From a virus (taxonomy: Duplodnaviria > Caudoviricetes), in the IMG/VR virus record IMGVR_UViG_3300025154_000124, positions 1 to 54,578 of that record: 54,578 nucleotides of DNA. One strand, written 5' to 3'. Below are positions 1-9,259 of the stretch, piece after piece. The position numbers and the translations under genes were made by a program. Under the pieces are notes generated by a model. The model was not told the DNA's origin and did no database searches. It was given only the letters and a program-made list of their open reading frames with translations. Each line of letters opens with the position of its first letter. Position 1 is the stretch's first letter.

Positions 1-2
1 CC

Positions 3-1931
3 ATGGCAAAGGGTGGCGAAGACGGCCAAAAAGCTTTTATGGCTACCGTTGCTGCATTGGCTTCAATGGAAGATCCTATGGCGCAAAACGCAGCCGGTAC
101 CGCTCTTTTCGGTACCCAATGGGAGGACGTGCGGGCGAAGGTTATTATTGCCATGGCTGATGGCATAAAAGGCATTGGAGAATTCAAAGGGGCCACAGAT
201 TCAGCGGCCAAAGCTATGGACGATAACAACCCTGGTACGGCCTTAACATCGGCCATGCGCGAACTCCAAGCGGCCATTGGACCAGCGCTATTGCCCTTAG
301 CTGAAATTATAAAAAATACTATTGTGCCTGCAATTAAAGAGATGGCTAATTGGTTTACCGATTTGTCACCAGCGGGGCAAAAGGCTGCTCTTGCAATCGT
401 AGGCATTGCCGCTGCAATGGGTCCATTGCTAATGATCATAGGACCTATTATCTCAATTATTGGCAGTATAATCGGAGGACTTGGTGCAATGAGTCTTGCC
501 ATGGCCGGTGGAGCAACCGGAATAGGGATACTAACAACAGCTTTTCCGGCTATAGGCTCGGCCATAGCGGTGATTACAGGGCCAATCGGAATTGCCATTG
601 CCGTTATTGCTGGCTTAGCAGCATTAGCGTTAGTCGTTTATAAAAATTGGGAGCCTATAAAGGATTTTTTCGGCAATCTTTGGAATGGTATAGCCGCCAC
701 AATGTCAGCTGCTTGGAATGGCATTAAGCAGGCATTAAGCGATGCATGGACAGCTATTACCGATGGGCTCTCTGCTGCGTGGGAAGGCATAAAAAACACA
801 GCCGGTTCAGCGTGGAACGCGATAGTATCCGGTATAACCTCCACGATAACCTCTTTTGTTTCTAGCGCATTAGGCATGTTCACTGGTATGGGCGAATCCA
901 TAACTCCAATATTCGAGGGGATCAAAAACTACTTCTCGAATATCTGGGATATTATTAAAAACATATTCCTCGGAGCCCTCTTATTAATAGTAGACCTAGT
1001 AACAGGCGATTTCGAGGGGTTATCCACTGACGCGCAGGCAATTTGGAATAACCTCAAAGATGCATTCGGTCGAATATGGGAAGGCATCAAGCAGGGTTTT
1101 TTGATTGCACTAGATGCTATCAAAAACTTACTTGCACTTGCATGGGATACTATAACTGTCACACTAAAAACAGCGTGGGAGGACGTGAAAAACTACTTCG
1201 CTACACTCTGGGAAACCATTAAAACCACGGCAGCAGAGGCATGGGAAGGGTTTAAGACCACGATTATTACCACAACAACAACTCTTATTGACACAATAAA
1301 AAGTACATGGGAGTCAATCCTCGTATGGTTTACGACTCTCCCCGCAAGACTAAAGCAGTACGCGGTGGATATGTTTACGTCCATGAAAGATGGAGTAACA
1401 ACAACAGTTCCACAGGTCAAGGAATCGATTATTGAAGGTATTCAGGGGGCCTTAGACTGGATAATTGATCTACCGTCAAGGATGTTCAGTTATGGCGAAA
1501 ATATTGTCCAGGGTCTTGTTGATGGCATCAAGTCTATGATTGAAAATGTCGGTGAAGTTGTCGGAGGTTTAGCGGAAACGATTAAGAGCAAAATACGCGG
1601 TGCGCTTGAGATAAATTCTCCATCCAAGGTGATGATGAGGATAGGGGAGGGGGTCAGTGAAGGCCTTGCGCTCGGAATAGCTAACACGGTTGGCGAAGTT
1701 TCGCGGCAAGCGGATGCCTTGGCTGGCGCCGCGATACCAGATATTGATAATAATGGTTATGGTGGTGGCGCGAGTGGATCCGGAACAGCAGGATCTTCAG
1801 GGGGTAGCTCAATCGGTGCCTTACTACACGCTGATCAAGTAGTAATCGCCAACGACATGGATATCCAAGAACTAGCCAACAAGCTCGGCTTTTATTACCT
1901 GCAAGCAGTAGCGGCGAAGGGAGGGAGGTAA
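3..1931 (+). CDS. Tail tape measure protein, C-terminal part (5' end outside window)
   Basis: Ala/Gly-rich with periodic W/F repeats, a hydrophobic segment and a C-terminal INSPSKVM motif; lies directly upstream of Dit. Confidence 0.93.
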   Translation: MAKGGEDGQKAFMATVAALASMEDPMAQNAAGTALFGTQWEDVRAKVIIAMADGIKGIGEFKGATDSAAKAMDDNNPGTALTSAMRELQAAIGPALLPLAEIIKNTIVPAIKEMANWFTDLSPAGQKAALAIVGIAAAMGPLLMIIGPIISIIGSIIGGLGAMSLAMAGGATGIGILTTAFPAIGSAIAVITGPIGIAIAVIAGLAALALVVYKNWEPIKDFFGNLWNGIAATMSAAWNGIKQALSDAWTAITDGLSAAWEGIKNTAGSAWNAIVSGITSTITSFVSSALGMFTGMGESITPIFEGIKNYFSNIWDIIKNIFLGALLLIVDLVTGDFEGLSTDAQAIWNNLKDAFGRIWEGIKQGFLIALDAIKNLLALAWDTITVTLKTAWEDVKNYFATLWETIKTTAAEAWEGFKTTIITTTTTLIDTIKSTWESILVWFTTLPARLKQYAVDMFTSMKDGVTTTVPQVKESIIEGIQGALDWIIDLPSRMFSYGENIVQGLVDGIKSMIENVGEVVGGLAETIKSKIRGALEINSPSKVMMRIGEGVSEGLALGIANTVGEVSRQADALAGAAIPDIDNNGYGGGASGSGTAGSSGGSSIGALLHADQVVIANDMDIQELANKLGFYYLQAVAAKGGR

Positions 1932-2627
1932 TTGTTCAGCTTTAATTTTCTTGGTAAAGACAGCTTTACTGACTATGGGATTTTGGTCGAGAAGCGCCCT
2001 CCTATCCCTAAACCGCAGCGAAATATCGATTATATTGAGGTGCCTGGGAGAAGTGGAAGCCTAAAGGTAGATGATGCAACGCACAAAGACATTATCATCC
2101 CCATCCAATGCGCCTTTAAGGATGAAAACGTATCGAATAAAGCAGACGTAATAAAGGCTTGGTTAAACAGCGGAGAAGGTGCGCTAATTCTCGGAAATCA
2201 AGCCGATAAGTATTATGTCGCGCACGTTTCGGATCAGTTCGATATCTCACAGGAACTTAAGGTGTTTGGACAGTTTTTAGTCAACTTTCGATGCAAACCA
2301 TTTAAGTATGCCATACCTAATATTCCAGTAACCCTAGTAAGTAGTGGCAATGTAACTAATCCAGGCACCGCAAATAGTGAGCCGATCATCGTCGTAAACG
2401 GCTCCGGAAATATAACCTTAACAATTAATGGTGTCAACGTAGTACTAACTAGCGTTGATGGATCTATAACTATCGACAGCGTGCTCAAGGACGCGTACAA
2501 GAACACGGTCTTACAGAATAGCAAGATGCTCGGTGATTTCCCTGTCTTGGTTCCTGGTGACAACGCAATAAGCTGGACGGGAACAGTTACGTCGGTAGAG
2601 GTAACACCAAATTGGCGGTGGATCTAA
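1932..2627 (+). CDS. Distal tail protein (Dit)
   Basis: IEVPGRSG, FRCKPFKY and LVPGDNAISW motifs typical of Firmicute siphophage Dit; follows TMP; GGGAGG RBS. Confidence 0.88.
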   Translation: MFSFNFLGKDSFTDYGILVEKRPPIPKPQRNIDYIEVPGRSGSLKVDDATHKDIIIPIQCAFKDENVSNKADVIKAWLNSGEGALILGNQADKYYVAHVSDQFDISQELKVFGQFLVNFRCKPFKYAIPNIPVTLVSSGNVTNPGTANSEPIIVVNGSGNITLTINGVNVVLTSVDGSITIDSVLKDAYKNTVLQNSKMLGDFPVLVPGDNAISWTGTVTSVEVTPNWRWI

Positions 2628-4627
2628 TGATTAATCTCTACGATTCAAACGAGACAAACTTTAACCATAACGGCCTCGTGGTCCTAAGTGATTGCAAGGT
2701 CGCCTTTGTCGATGAGGAGCTAAACGGTAAACTCGAGCTTGAATTGGAATACCCCATCGATGCCCGTGGTAAATGGCAATATCTAGTCGAGGGCAATATC
2801 CTAAAGACTGACGGGCAGCTATACCGAATCTATCATAAGCGAAAAATCCTCTCTGGAATTAGAGTCAATGCTCGACACATATTCTATGATCTACTCGCCA
2901 ACTTCGTAGAGAGTGCAACCATTGGGAGTCTGAACGCTGGCGGGGCGATGGGAGCCATACTCTCAAATACTCAATATGCTCACGGTTACACGTCGATGTC
3001 TGACATTGATACAGCTAACACCTACGAGGTAGATAAGCAAAACCCCGTCGAGGCTATCATGGGCAGCGGCGGGGTTATTAGTAGGTATGGTGGGGAGTTA
3101 GTACGGGATAACTTTACAATTAGACTATACGCTGCGCGTGGCGTGGATAGAGATGTCCTTGTATCCTATGGCAAGAATGTAATTGGCATTGAGGAAACGC
3201 TCAATATGGACTCGGTATGCACTAGGATACTGCCAATTGGGAAAGACGGTTTGTTGCTGCCGGAAAAATACCTTGACAGTGTCCTGATCGGTAGCTACCC
3301 GCACCCCATTGTGAAGTCGATTGAGTTTTCGGACTGCGAGACAGAGGCGGCGTTAAGGTCTGCCGGACAATCCTATCTTGCCGCAAACGAAAAGCCTATG
3401 GTTAATTACGCGGTCGATTTCATCGAGCTTACCAAAACCGTGGAATATAAGCATTACTCAATCCTCGAAACCGTCTACATGGGTGATACTGTGACGATCC
3501 GGCACACAAAGCTTAATATCGATATCAAAGCAAAGGTTATTCGCATCAAGAAAAACCTACTTACGAATCGGATCGAAGAGGTAGAACTTGGCAGCTTTAA
3601 GCCCAACCTCGCATCAAGTATAAACACAGCGATAAATACAATAAGCAATCAACAAGTCCAGGACAAAACGGATCTACAACAGGCAATCGACAACGCCACA
3701 GCACAAATAAACAATGCCCTTGGCGGATATGTGATTAAGCGAAACGGTGAACTGCTTATCATGGATACTGAGGACGTGCTCACAGCAGTTAAAGTATGGC
3801 GATGGAACCAAGGTGGGCTTGGATACTCGGGCACCGGATACAATGGACCATTTAGGACGGCCATCACGGCAGATGGGCACATAGTTGCGGATTTTATGGA
3901 CACAGGGACACTGACAGCGAGCTTAATTAAGACAGGTACGATCACAAGTAAAACAGGAAAGCTAAGCATTGGGATTGACGACGAAGTTCTCAACATCGGA
4001 GGCAAGATTGTCTACGACGGTGCAACTGATCAGGTTACCTTTGCCCCAAGCGTAGTTTTGTCTTGGGATAACATTGGAGATTTACCAGACTTCGCTCCCA
4101 CAAATGCTGACAATACATCGGGAGCCTTACTTGGTAATGGCTTTACTAAAATTGGAGCCAATTATGTCTATACGGGTATTTTAGTTGCAGACCAAGTCAA
4201 AGGTCTATTGCTTGAAGGTGTAACTATAAAAGCTGGTAAGATCGTAGGCATAGGTGATGAAGCAGTTCTTGATATCGGGAATTACGGTGGGAAAATAGAT
4301 ACAGCCTACGACACAAGCGCAGCTACTGGGCAACAAGCATCAATACGACTCAAGCCAGGTGGGCCGACTGGCGGCGGGTATATTCAAGCTCTAGAGGATG
4401 GCGGTGTGTACTTCTACAAGAACGATAACTCTGGAGTACCCTTTGCGTATATTCACCCGGATGGTACAACAAATTTACATTCCTCGGGTGAAGGAGGTGG
4501 TAGCGGTGTACTTAATACTTTCACTTTTGTAAGGGTTGTTCCGATAACAAAGAATTTAGCTCTTACTGGCAATACTTTTACAACCGTTAAGACAGTTCCT
4601 ATCGTAAGAACCTTAACACTTGCGTAG
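2627..4627 (+). CDS. Tail spike / prophage endopeptidase tail (Tal-like)
   Basis: EELNGKLELELEYP, GGELVRDNF, YGKNV, TRILPIG and WRWNQGGLGYS..GYNGPF motifs. Start taken at ATG 2627, which overlaps the Dit stop (TAATG). Confidence 0.85.
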   Translation: MINLYDSNETNFNHNGLVVLSDCKVAFVDEELNGKLELELEYPIDARGKWQYLVEGNILKTDGQLYRIYHKRKILSGIRVNARHIFYDLLANFVESATIGSLNAGGAMGAILSNTQYAHGYTSMSDIDTANTYEVDKQNPVEAIMGSGGVISRYGGELVRDNFTIRLYAARGVDRDVLVSYGKNVIGIEETLNMDSVCTRILPIGKDGLLLPEKYLDSVLIGSYPHPIVKSIEFSDCETEAALRSAGQSYLAANEKPMVNYAVDFIELTKTVEYKHYSILETVYMGDTVTIRHTKLNIDIKAKVIRIKKNLLTNRIEEVELGSFKPNLASSINTAINTISNQQVQDKTDLQQAIDNATAQINNALGGYVIKRNGELLIMDTEDVLTAVKVWRWNQGGLGYSGTGYNGPFRTAITADGHIVADFMDTGTLTASLIKTGTITSKTGKLSIGIDDEVLNIGGKIVYDGATDQVTFAPSVVLSWDNIGDLPDFAPTNADNTSGALLGNGFTKIGANYVYTGILVADQVKGLLLEGVTIKAGKIVGIGDEAVLDIGNYGGKIDTAYDTSAATGQQASIRLKPGGPTGGGYIQALEDGGVYFYKNDNSGVPFAYIHPDGTTNLHSSGEGGGSGVLNTFTFVRVVPITKNLALTGNTFTTVKTVPIVRTLTLA

Positions 4628-4647
4628 GAGAGAAGGGAGAGATTTTC

Positions 4648-5313
4648 ATGGGTTTGTATCAAGGCACTATGTATTCAGATTTAACTTCGATAGATTATTC
4701 TCAAATTAACGATCTTGTAGGGCAAGTTAAAAATGCGATTGTAGCTAATGTTCCATTCGTATCAGTCGTGTCTGACAATAATCCTACCGCGCCTACAAGT
4801 ACTCCAAGAGTTGTAGTGCTTTCTTTTGGCGATTGTTCTCATTATTTAAGGCTGGATGCCGTTGGTACAACTGTTGCCTACATTGGCATTAGAAATATTG
4901 CAAATAGCGCCTATTTACCTTCTACCGCAAGTATTGTGTTACAGAACTTTGCTCTTAAATTTGTGTATGGGCCTAACTCTTTTGGTAGTAATATAAATCA
5001 ATCAGGTACAGGCAATTGGATCTGGTATCTAAAAGGTAGTGATGGACATGTTTATTGTGGCCTAGGAAATAATTTTGTGTATTATTACAACACTGACGTA
5101 GCATGCATTATTAGTCGCCTTGGCTATGCACCATTAACTCCTTCAGGTGCGGCAATATTAACACCTCTTTGGATACTTAATGGAAGCGCTACAACTGGGT
5201 ATGCTCAACTACCTATGTATAGCAGTTTTCCTGGGGTATCAGGCAGTTTTTATACTGATGGTACAAATTACTATTATTGTATAAGCACTACATGTTTAGT
5301 GCAGGACGGTTAG
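4648..5313 (+). CDS. Hypothetical beta-rich protein in tail module
   Basis: 221-aa ORF with RBS; Tyr/Ser/Gly-rich; AT-rich relative to neighbours. Confidence 0.65.
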   Translation: MGLYQGTMYSDLTSIDYSQINDLVGQVKNAIVANVPFVSVVSDNNPTAPTSTPRVVVLSFGDCSHYLRLDAVGTTVAYIGIRNIANSAYLPSTASIVLQNFALKFVYGPNSFGSNINQSGTGNWIWYLKGSDGHVYCGLGNNFVYYYNTDVACIISRLGYAPLTPSGAAILTPLWILNGSATTGYAQLPMYSSFPGVSGSFYTDGTNYYYCISTTCLVQDG

Positions 5314-5341
5314 AAAGTAGCAGAACTCGCTAGCATTATCC

Positions 5342-5367
5342 AAAAGCCGTATAAGGCTTATTTTTTA
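5342..5367 (+). terminator. Probable intrinsic terminator
   Basis: AAGCC-GTATAA-GGCTT followed by ATTTTTT. Confidence 0.45.
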
Positions 5368-5389
5368 TGCAAAGAAAGGGGCGATCACA

Positions 5390-5956
5390 ATGGAACTCGA
5401 AAAGGAAAGCAAACTCATGGTCTCGCAGCCACGGCAACCGATCGGTAAATCGCAACTCTACACATTGCTCGTGGATGCGACCGGAGATCCGGTACTCGAC
5501 GTTGAGGGGAACAAGCAGGTTGTTGCACTGCAGTCCGTGGATGGTAAATTGCAGGTAACTGCGATCCTGGCTGCCAGCTCGGTAATAGCCGGTAAGTTTG
5601 GGATTGACCAGACTGCCGGACAGAATGTAGTGAGTTTTGGGGCTGCAGCACAGCCAGTTTCGATTACTGGAAGTTTAGCGAATATACCCGTCGAAATACA
5701 AGCATGTAAACCCGAAGTATCTTCTTCTCAAGATTCACAAATAGCCACAACTGCAAAGACATATGCCAGAGCCGAAGGTGCATCCCAAATAGAAGTGTAT
5801 GTAGAGTCTGGATATGCTCGGGTACGTACAGATGGTCAGCCCTGCACATCGACTACAGGTGAGCCTATCGCTTCGGGCTTTGGATCTGCTTGGCAAACTG
5901 GTTCAATTAGTATTTTCTACGTGCAGGAATCAATAGTAACGGTGGTGAGTAGGTAA
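5390..5956 (+). CDS. Putative tail/baseplate accessory protein
   Basis: 188-aa ORF with RBS; TAATG-coupled to the DGR target gene. Confidence 0.65.
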   Translation: MELEKESKLMVSQPRQPIGKSQLYTLLVDATGDPVLDVEGNKQVVALQSVDGKLQVTAILAASSVIAGKFGIDQTAGQNVVSFGAAAQPVSITGSLANIPVEIQACKPEVSSSQDSQIATTAKTYARAEGASQIEVYVESGYARVRTDGQPCTSTTGEPIASGFGSAWQTGSISIFYVQESIVTVVSR

Positions 5957-7311
5957 TGCTACAGCGTGACTTATTTCGCAAACAATTTGCCGTAGCAAGC
6001 GATGTGATAGTGCATGATGTGTATGGGGTATCATGGGATAAAACAGCATCCCCGATACTAACTCGCACGGATTCAGCCCTCGGATTAGTCGCTAACGCAG
6101 GGATAGGCAATGGAGTAGTCCAAAACGATTTTGACAACATACCCTTATTTAAAGCCATCCACGAGGTAACGGACGATTTGGGGAATGTGTTTATACGTAT
6201 ACCCAAATTCTACATCCGGAAAACAGACAGTGCAGGACTTAAAACCGTGCAAGTTTGTGGGACAAAAAGACCTGGCTTTTATCGTCCGTGGTGCTTTTGG
6301 GACTTTACGAACGGCAAGGAATTGCCCTATATCGACGTAGGAAAGCACAAGGCATCTCTGGGAGTTGGTAATAAGCTAGAATCAAAGCCCGACTTGTACC
6401 CGCTAATTAATAAAAACATCGTTGACTTTAGGACTTACGCTCGTAACAATAATGTCGATGGGGCAAAAGGGTACCAACAGTTAGATACCCACGTTATCGA
6501 TGTCCTGCAAACTTTGTTCAGGGTTGAATTCGCAACGTTAAATTCACAAGCAGTTATGCAGGGATTCACCGCTGGGCAATACACAGCCACACATTTGGCA
6601 ACTGTGGCCGAAGGTAACACTAACAGAATTGTCTTAGCAAACGCATACGCAGACCTCTACCGAGTTGGTCAGGCGATTTCCGTCGGAACATCACAAGGCG
6701 GCAACCAGATATTCTATGGACGGACAATAACGTCCATAGATGTTTACGACGCAAGTAACAAGGCAATTAGCTTCGACGGCACCCCTGTGAATATCGCTAT
6801 TGGCAACATGCTGTACAATACAGGGTGGAAAAACGGATTCGCCAGTGGCATAACAGCAACAAGCGGCAGTTTAGTTACTAACGATGGGAAGTACCCGTGC
6901 ACCTACCGAGGTATCGAATCTCCGCTTGGAGACGTGTGGCAGTTTGTCGATGGTTATAACATAAACGAGAGGCAAGCGTGGATTGCTAAAAACGCGGCAG
7001 ATTATGCCAGCAATGTCTTTGCTAGTCCGTATGAGCAATTAGGTTATGTAAACGGAGCGGTAGACGGCTATCCGAAGGAAATGGGATATGATCCAAACAA
7101 CCAATTTGCCGAGCTGCCATCTGTAGTAGGCGGTGCAAGTACAACGTATTACAGCGATTACTACTACCAGGCTACTGGGCAACGCATTGCCCTCTTCGGT
7201 GGTTCCTGGGTCTATGGCGCGAGTGCGGGCCTTTCGTACTGGAGCTTGGGCAATTCCTCGTCGTATGCGAGTGTGGGCGTCGGCGGGCGGCTTCTTAAGA
7301 AACCTCTTTAG
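5956..7311 (+). CDS. DGR target protein, probable receptor-binding/tail protein with C-terminal CLec-like variable domain
   Basis: VR lies at the 3' end. GIESPLGDVWQFVDG resembles the GNVWEW motif, and GGSW...GGRL matches the C-terminus typical of DGR CLec targets. Located in the tail module. Confidence 0.9.
   Translation: MLQRDLFRKQFAVASDVIVHDVYGVSWDKTASPILTRTDSALGLVANAGIGNGVVQNDFDNIPLFKAIHEVTDDLGNVFIRIPKFYIRKTDSAGLKTVQVCGTKRPGFYRPWCFWDFTNGKELPYIDVGKHKASLGVGNKLESKPDLYPLINKNIVDFRTYARNNNVDGAKGYQQLDTHVIDVLQTLFRVEFATLNSQAVMQGFTAGQYTATHLATVAEGNTNRIVLANAYADLYRVGQAISVGTSQGGNQIFYGRTITSIDVYDASNKAISFDGTPVNIAIGNMLYNTGWKNGFASGITATSGSLVTNDGKYPCTYRGIESPLGDVWQFVDGYNINERQAWIAKNAADYASNVFASPYEQLGYVNGAVDGYPKEMGYDPNNQFAELPSVVGGASTTYYSDYYYQATGQRIALFGGSWVYGASAGLSYWSLGNSSSYASVGVGGRLLKKPL
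7187..7290 (+). repeat. DGR variable repeat (VR)
   Basis: 104-nt ungapped match to 7382-7485 with 17 mismatches, each opposite an A in TR (11 A>G, 5 A>T, 1 A>C). Confidence 0.96.
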
Positions 7312-7316
7312 GGGGT

Positions 7317-7338
7317 TTGGGGGCGCGCACGCCTCCAA
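7317..7338 (+). other. GC-rich hairpin/cruciform downstream of VR/IMH
   Basis: TTGGGGGCG-CGCA-CGCCTCCAA: 9-bp stem with one G-T, 4-nt loop, just after the target stop codon. Confidence 0.75.
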
Positions 7339-7362
7339 TAAGGTAACGAGACAACAGAACAT

Positions 7363-7616
7363 AGGGATATAGGGTGCATGCTTGCCCACTTCGGTGGTAA
7401 CTGGAACAATGGCGCGAATGCGGGCCTTTCGTACTGGAACTTGAACAATTCCTCGTCGAATGCGAATGTGAACATCGGCAGGCAGACTCTTATTAGAAAC
7501 TTTCAAAACTATTTGCATCCTATATTCCTCACCCCTTGGTGGAAATTTCGCCGCGAAGAACAGGGATTAGTAGGTTTCTCGAAATTCCCTGAGGCTAATA
7601 AGAAGGTAGGAATTTT
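7363..7616 (+). ncRNA. Predicted structured DGR template RNA (TR plus flanks)
   Basis: 7363-7378 pairs with 7514-7529 (16 bp, two G-U). A further stem is CAGGGA/TCCCTG at 7561-7591. Ends are approximate. Confidence 0.6.
7382..7485 (+). repeat. DGR template repeat (TR)
   Basis: AAC/AAT-rich copy of VR with 25 adenines; diverges from VR at non-A positions from 7487 (IMH vs IMH*). Confidence 0.96.
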
Positions 7617-8681
7617 GTGAAACGGGTAGGTTATCTCTTTGAAAAAGTGTGTGAGCTTGAAAATATAAAGCAAGCAATCATTAAGTCATCTCTCGGAAAA
7701 AGAAACCAAAAGAGGGTCAAGTATGTCATGGATAACATGGATACACATGCAGTTAAAATACGAAATTTGTTGTTAGATAAGAAGTATATCCCGTCTCCGT
7801 ATGACGTTAAAACAATCCAAGATGGAGCCACGAAAAAGACTCGCACTATCCATAAGCCCCGATATTTCCCGGATCAAATTATTCATTGGGCACTAATGCT
7901 GCAACTTCAACCGGTGATCATGAAAGGTATGTATGAATTTAGCTGCGGAAGCATTCCTGGAAGAGGTACTAGTTATGGGCAGAAGATTTTGAGGAAGTGG
8001 CTGGATACCGATTATAAGGGTACCAAGTATTGCCTCAAGATGGATATATCTAAGTTTTACCCTTCGGTCGATAATGAAATCCTGAAAGAGATGTTCAAGA
8101 AAAAGATCAAGGATGGTGATTGCCTGTGGTTAATTGATAGCATCATAGACAGTGCCGATGGGTTGCCAATAGGTAACTATACAAGCCAGTGGTTCTCGAA
8201 TTTCATTCTACAAGGCCTAGATCATTACATCAAAGAAAAGCTAGGCGTGAAATATTATGTGAGGTATGTCGATGATCTAGTTCTACTTGGAAGCAACAAG
8301 AAGAAATTACACCTTGCGAGGAAAATGATCTCCGAACACCTCAATAGTATAGGCTTGCAGCTCAAGGGGAATTGGCAGGTTTCTAAGGTTAGCGATAGGG
8401 ATATCGACTTCTTAGGGTTTAGGTTTTTTAGAGATAAAACCATCCTGAGAAAGCGAAATGCTCTAAGAATTCGTCGCAGAATAAAGAAAATCGGCAGGAA
8501 AAGGGAATTAAGCCTTAAAGATGCTTGCGCGGTCATATCGTACTGGGGATGGATCAAGAGAAGTAACAGTTTTAACTTTTACAATAAACACGTTAAGCCA
8601 ACGATCAGCGTTGGGCGTGCTAAGAAAGTGGTGAGCATATATGCCAGACGAGAAGCCATACGTTTACGCTCCGATTTTTGA
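7617..8681 (+). CDS. DGR reverse transcriptase
   Basis: KMDISKFYPS, GLPIGNYTSQ (DGR-type GxxxSQ), YVRYVDD and IDFLG motifs; 354 aa, basic; no maturase/endonuclease domain. Confidence 0.95.
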   Translation: MKRVGYLFEKVCELENIKQAIIKSSLGKRNQKRVKYVMDNMDTHAVKIRNLLLDKKYIPSPYDVKTIQDGATKKTRTIHKPRYFPDQIIHWALMLQLQPVIMKGMYEFSCGSIPGRGTSYGQKILRKWLDTDYKGTKYCLKMDISKFYPSVDNEILKEMFKKKIKDGDCLWLIDSIIDSADGLPIGNYTSQWFSNFILQGLDHYIKEKLGVKYYVRYVDDLVLLGSNKKKLHLARKMISEHLNSIGLQLKGNWQVSKVSDRDIDFLGFRFFRDKTILRKRNALRIRRRIKKIGRKRELSLKDACAVISYWGWIKRSNSFNFYNKHVKPTISVGRAKKVVSIYARREAIRLRSDF

Positions 8682-8826
8682 GTTTGACCAATTAACGCAG
8701 TATCTTACGCAAATACCACCCGTTGACATGGGAGATCATTATTTTGTTGGTATTGCCGTAATGACAGCGTCTTCGGTTTTTGATGATGAGCTTGAGGATT
8801 TACTATTAGCCGAAATGGGGGCCTAA
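8641..8826 (+). CDS. Small hypothetical protein (possible tail-fibre assembly-type)
   Basis: 61-aa acidic ORF overlapping the RT 3' end. Confidence 0.5.
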   Translation: MPDEKPYVYAPIFEFDQLTQYLTQIPPVDMGDHYFVGIAVMTASSVFDDELEDLLLAEMGA

Positions 8827-8829
8827 ATA

Positions 8830-8997
8830 ATGACGAGAGATGAGTTTTTAACTAAAATGCTCGAAAAAGGTAAAGTTACGCAAGCGCAAGCCAATAGAAT
8901 TAAGGCAAAAGATTCCGCAAAAGAAACTTATCGTAAAGATAAAGCAAAGATGAACAAAAGCGAGATACAGGGTGTATTGGATACCTTATTGAGCTAA
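8830..8997 (+). CDS. Small basic hypothetical protein (55 aa, MTRDEFLTKMLEKGKVTQ...)
   Basis: Translated by hand; tight spacing to the previous gene; resembles small post-tail-fibre (XkdX-like) genes by position. Confidence 0.5.
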   Translation: MTRDEFLTKMLEKGKVTQAQANRIKAKDSAKETYRKDKAKMNKSEIQGVLDTLLS

Positions 8998-9027
8998 AGG
9001 CGTAGCCAGTTAAAGGGGATATATTTA

Positions 9028-9189
9028 GTGTGTAGTAATGTAATCGGTATTTGCGAGCACCTTCTGGAGTTAATCGACACGCAGGAAAGCACGATAGCAA
9101 AGCAAAATGAGATAATCGCGAGGCTTATGAACGAGGGTTTTGAGCAGGAGAATCTAATAAAGGTGCTGATGCGAGAACGCGGCGAATAA
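9028..9189 (+). CDS. Small coiled-coil hypothetical protein (53 aa)
   Basis: GTG start after AAAGGGGA; translated by hand. Confidence 0.5.
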   Translation: MCSNVIGICEHLLELIDTQESTIAKQNEIIARLMNEGFEQENLIKVLMRERGE

Positions 9190-9259
9190 GCACCTTAACT
9201 ACACCGCAATAGCGGTTATTTTTTTATGGGTAGCAACGATTAGAGGTGGAAAAGGCGGT

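Larger units (their letters stand above)
5956..8681 (+). mobile_element. Diversity-generating retroelement (target/VR - hairpin - TR - RT), no avd recognised
   Basis: VR/TR pair with adenine-only mismatches, next to a DGR-type RT. Confidence 0.96.

Noticed and set aside
7378-7620. 80-aa ORF spanning TR
   Set aside because: It is the TR read in the VR frame (Asn-rich AAC codons). It is not Avd-like and is probably not a protein gene, although translation is not excluded.
7617-8681. RT as group II intron or retron
   Set aside because: It has the GxxxSQ motif, small size, no maturase/endonuclease domain and no VTG motif, and an adjacent TR/VR pair.
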